Origin: Pristiophorus japonicus
Lineage: Eukaryota
Reading direction: 5' to 3'
Length of the DNA: 64,000 nt
Assembly: GCF_044704955.1 (NCBI RefSeq)
Contig: NC_091998.1
Span: forward strand, 62,248,001 to 62,312,000
In this document: positions 61,886 through 64,000 of the stretch, piece by piece
How positions within the stretch are numbered: position 1 is the first letter of the stretch
How the letters are laid out: every line of letters begins with the position of its first letter
Notes under the pieces: model-generated
Told to the model about the DNA's origin: nothing
What the model saw: only the letters and a program-made list of their open reading frames with translations
Databases searched by the model: none
Position numbers and translations under genes: made by a program

Positions 61886-62942
61886 GAAAAAAGAAAAGAC
61901 TTGCATTTATATAGCGCCTTTCTCAACCATCGCACGTCCCAAAGCGCTTGAAAGCCAATGAAGTAGTTTTGGAGTGTAGTCACTGTTGTAATGTGGGAAA
62001 CGCGGCAGCCAATTTGCGCACAGCAAGCTCCCACACACAGCAATGTGATAATGACCAGATAATCTGTTTTTGTTATGTTGATTGAGGGATAAATATTGGT
62101 CCCAGGACACCGGGGATAACTCCCCTGCTCTTCTTCGAAATAGTGCCATGGGATCTTTTACATCCACCTGAGAGAGCAGACAGGGCCTCGGTTTAACATC
62201 TCGTCCGAAAGACGGCACCTCCGACAGTGCAGCGCTCCCTCAGTACTGCCCCTCCGACAGTGCGGCGCTCCCTCAGTACTGCCCCTCCGACAGTACAGCG
62301 CTCCCTCAGTACTGCCTCTCCGACAGTGTGGTGTTCCCTCAGTACTGCCCCTCCGACAGTACGACGCTCCCTCAGTACTGCCCCTCCGACAGTACGGCGC
62401 TCCCTCAGTACTGCCCCTCCGACAGTGCGGCGCTCCCTCAGTACTGCCTCTCCGACAGTGTGGTGTTCCCTCAGTACTGCCCCTCCGACAGTACGGCGCT
62501 CCCTCAGTACTGTCCCTCCGACAGTGCGGCGCTCCCTCAGTACTGCCCCTCCAACATTGTGGCGCTCCCTCAGTACTGCCCCTCCGACAGTGTGGCACTC
62601 CCTCAGTACTACCCCTCCGACAGTGAGGCGCTCCCTCAGTACTGCCCTTCCGACAGTACGGCGCTCCCTCAGTACCGCCCCTCCAACAGTGCGGCGCTCC
62701 CTCAGTACTGCCCCTCCGACAGTGCGGCGCTCCCTCAGTGCTGCCCCTCTGACAGTGCGGCATTCCCTCAGTACTGCCCCTCCGACAGTGTGGCGCTCCC
62801 TCAGTACTACCCCTCCGTCAGTGAGGCGCTCCCTCAGTACTACCCCTCCGACAGTGAGGCACTCCCTCAGTACTACCCCTCCGACAGTGAGGCACTCCCT
62901 CAGTACTGCACTGGGAGTGTCAGCCTGGATTTATGTGCTCAA
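61886..62942 (-). mobile_element. SacSINE1-like DeuSINE inflated by an internal minisatellite
   Basis: Tail at about 61890, Deu core to about 62215, and GTGTCAGCCTGGATTTATGTGCTCAAG on the far side of the array. Confidence 0.9.
62219..62909. repeat. 33-bp minisatellite, about 21 copies (CTCCGACAGTGCGGCGCTCCCTCAGTACTGCCC)
   Basis: Head-to-tail units without spacers. Produces 11-aa repeat ORFs in several frames. Confidence 0.97.
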
Positions 62943-63609
62943 GGAGGCTGAAGATAATTCAGGAAGATAGCTAACCTTTTGTAAGTGAATTTGATAATGG
63001 TGGGGCTTCTATTTCATTGGACGAGGGTCCCAGTGCTGCTGGTTCCTTTATTACAAGGATAAGGATTCGTCAGCAGGACAGCGTTATCTTTGGAGTTAGG
63101 ATTAAGAGACAGGAAAAGTCACATCATTGCAGTTCGGATTAACAGACAGAATAGTCCTTAGGGTTAGGATTGTAACAATGCGGCAACTTGGATTGAGGTT
63201 AGAATGAGCAGAAAGGCCAGGGTTTACAGCTTCCCTCTCCCCTGTTTTTGCGGTAAACCCCGAGCCCAACGTTCAGTTATGGAGCACCTGTGTCGGTAGC
63301 TCTGTATTTACCGGCAGCGGGTTACAATCGCTGCCCCCGGGTTTCTCCAGACTACCGGCTGTCTCTGAGCTGCCCGGAGGGCGGCGGGTGGAGGCGACCA
63401 CCGCGGAATCTCAGGGCTGCCCATCTCTCCAGATCCCAGCCTCTCACCCTGGCCCGGGCGAGCTCTCCCATTACCAGAGGCCGGACTGCGGACCACCGGC
63501 ATCCTGAGATGGGGGGGGGGGGGGTGAGGAGCAGACCCTCAAGGGGCAACTTTGGCTGAATTTCCCAGCGCCTGGGGCGATGGAAAAACACGGGTAACTG
63601 GCTGCTTTC

Positions 63610-64000
63610 CCTCTCCCAATCTCCCAATCTCCCTCTTCACTCACAAATCCCCTCCCAGTCTCCCAATCTCCCAACTCACTCCCAAATCCCCTTCCCAGTC
63701 TCCCAATCCCCCTCCTCACTCCCAAATTCCCCTCCCAATCTCCCAACCCCCCTCCTCACTCCCAAATCCCCTCCTAATCTCCCAACTCACTCCCAAATTC
63801 CCCTCCCAGTCTCCCAATCCCCCTCCTCACTCCTAAATTCCCCTCCCAGTCTCCCAATCCCCCTCCCAGTCTCCCAATCTCCCTCTCACTCCCAAATCCC
63901 CCTCCCAATCTCCCAAATCCCCCTCACTCCCAAATCCCCCTCCCAATCTCCAAACTCACTCCCAAATCCCCCACCCAATCTCCAAACTCACTCCCAAATC
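63610..64000. repeat. C-rich low-complexity repeat (CTCCCAA/TCCCC units), runs off the window end
   Basis: Visible in sequence; the + strand is almost free of G. Confidence 0.9.

Noticed and set aside
62219-62909. CRISPR-like array, or 200-250 aa repeat proteins (ORFs 62227-62970, 62328-62951, 62158-62763)
   Set aside because: Units are head-to-tail with no unique spacers, there are no cas genes, and the context is eukaryotic. The ORFs arise because a 33-bp unit lacks stops.
63610-64000. Telomeric repeat or chromosome end
   Set aside because: Units are CTCCCAA/TCCCC variants, not CCCTAA.

Overview
This is eukaryotic, transposon-dense genomic DNA, most likely from a shark or other elasmobranch (inferred from SacSINE1/DeuSINE-type SINEs and abundant CR1, RTE and L2 LINE fragments). 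Two host genes are recognisable, tail to tail. On + is the last coding exon of DNA polymerase beta (POLB, 20402-20496), preceded by an intron that appears to exceed 20 kb. On - are coding exons 2-4 of Dickkopf-4 (DKK4; 50625-50475, 40064-39900, 25036-24759), which splice in frame with both 10-Cys domains intact. I could not find the signal-peptide exon 1 in the window. This POLB-DKK4 arrangement matches the human locus. Almost all other ORFs in the track are LINE fragments, their antisense shadows or repeat translations. The main points of interest are: a decayed two-gene PIF/Harbinger transposon in a three-level nest; Harbinger-type MITEs; Penelope-like termini with decayed minimal hammerhead ribozyme motifs; a 33-bp minisatellite grown inside DeuSINE copies; a short RTE-dependent retroelement with a clean TSD; a hairpin-rich insert in a SINE B-box; a ~67-bp minisatellite ending in a fold-back; a solo LTR; and CTCF-like motifs. 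I see no convincing wholly new protein-coding system. Repeat boundaries are approximate, and family names come from recall rather than a database search.
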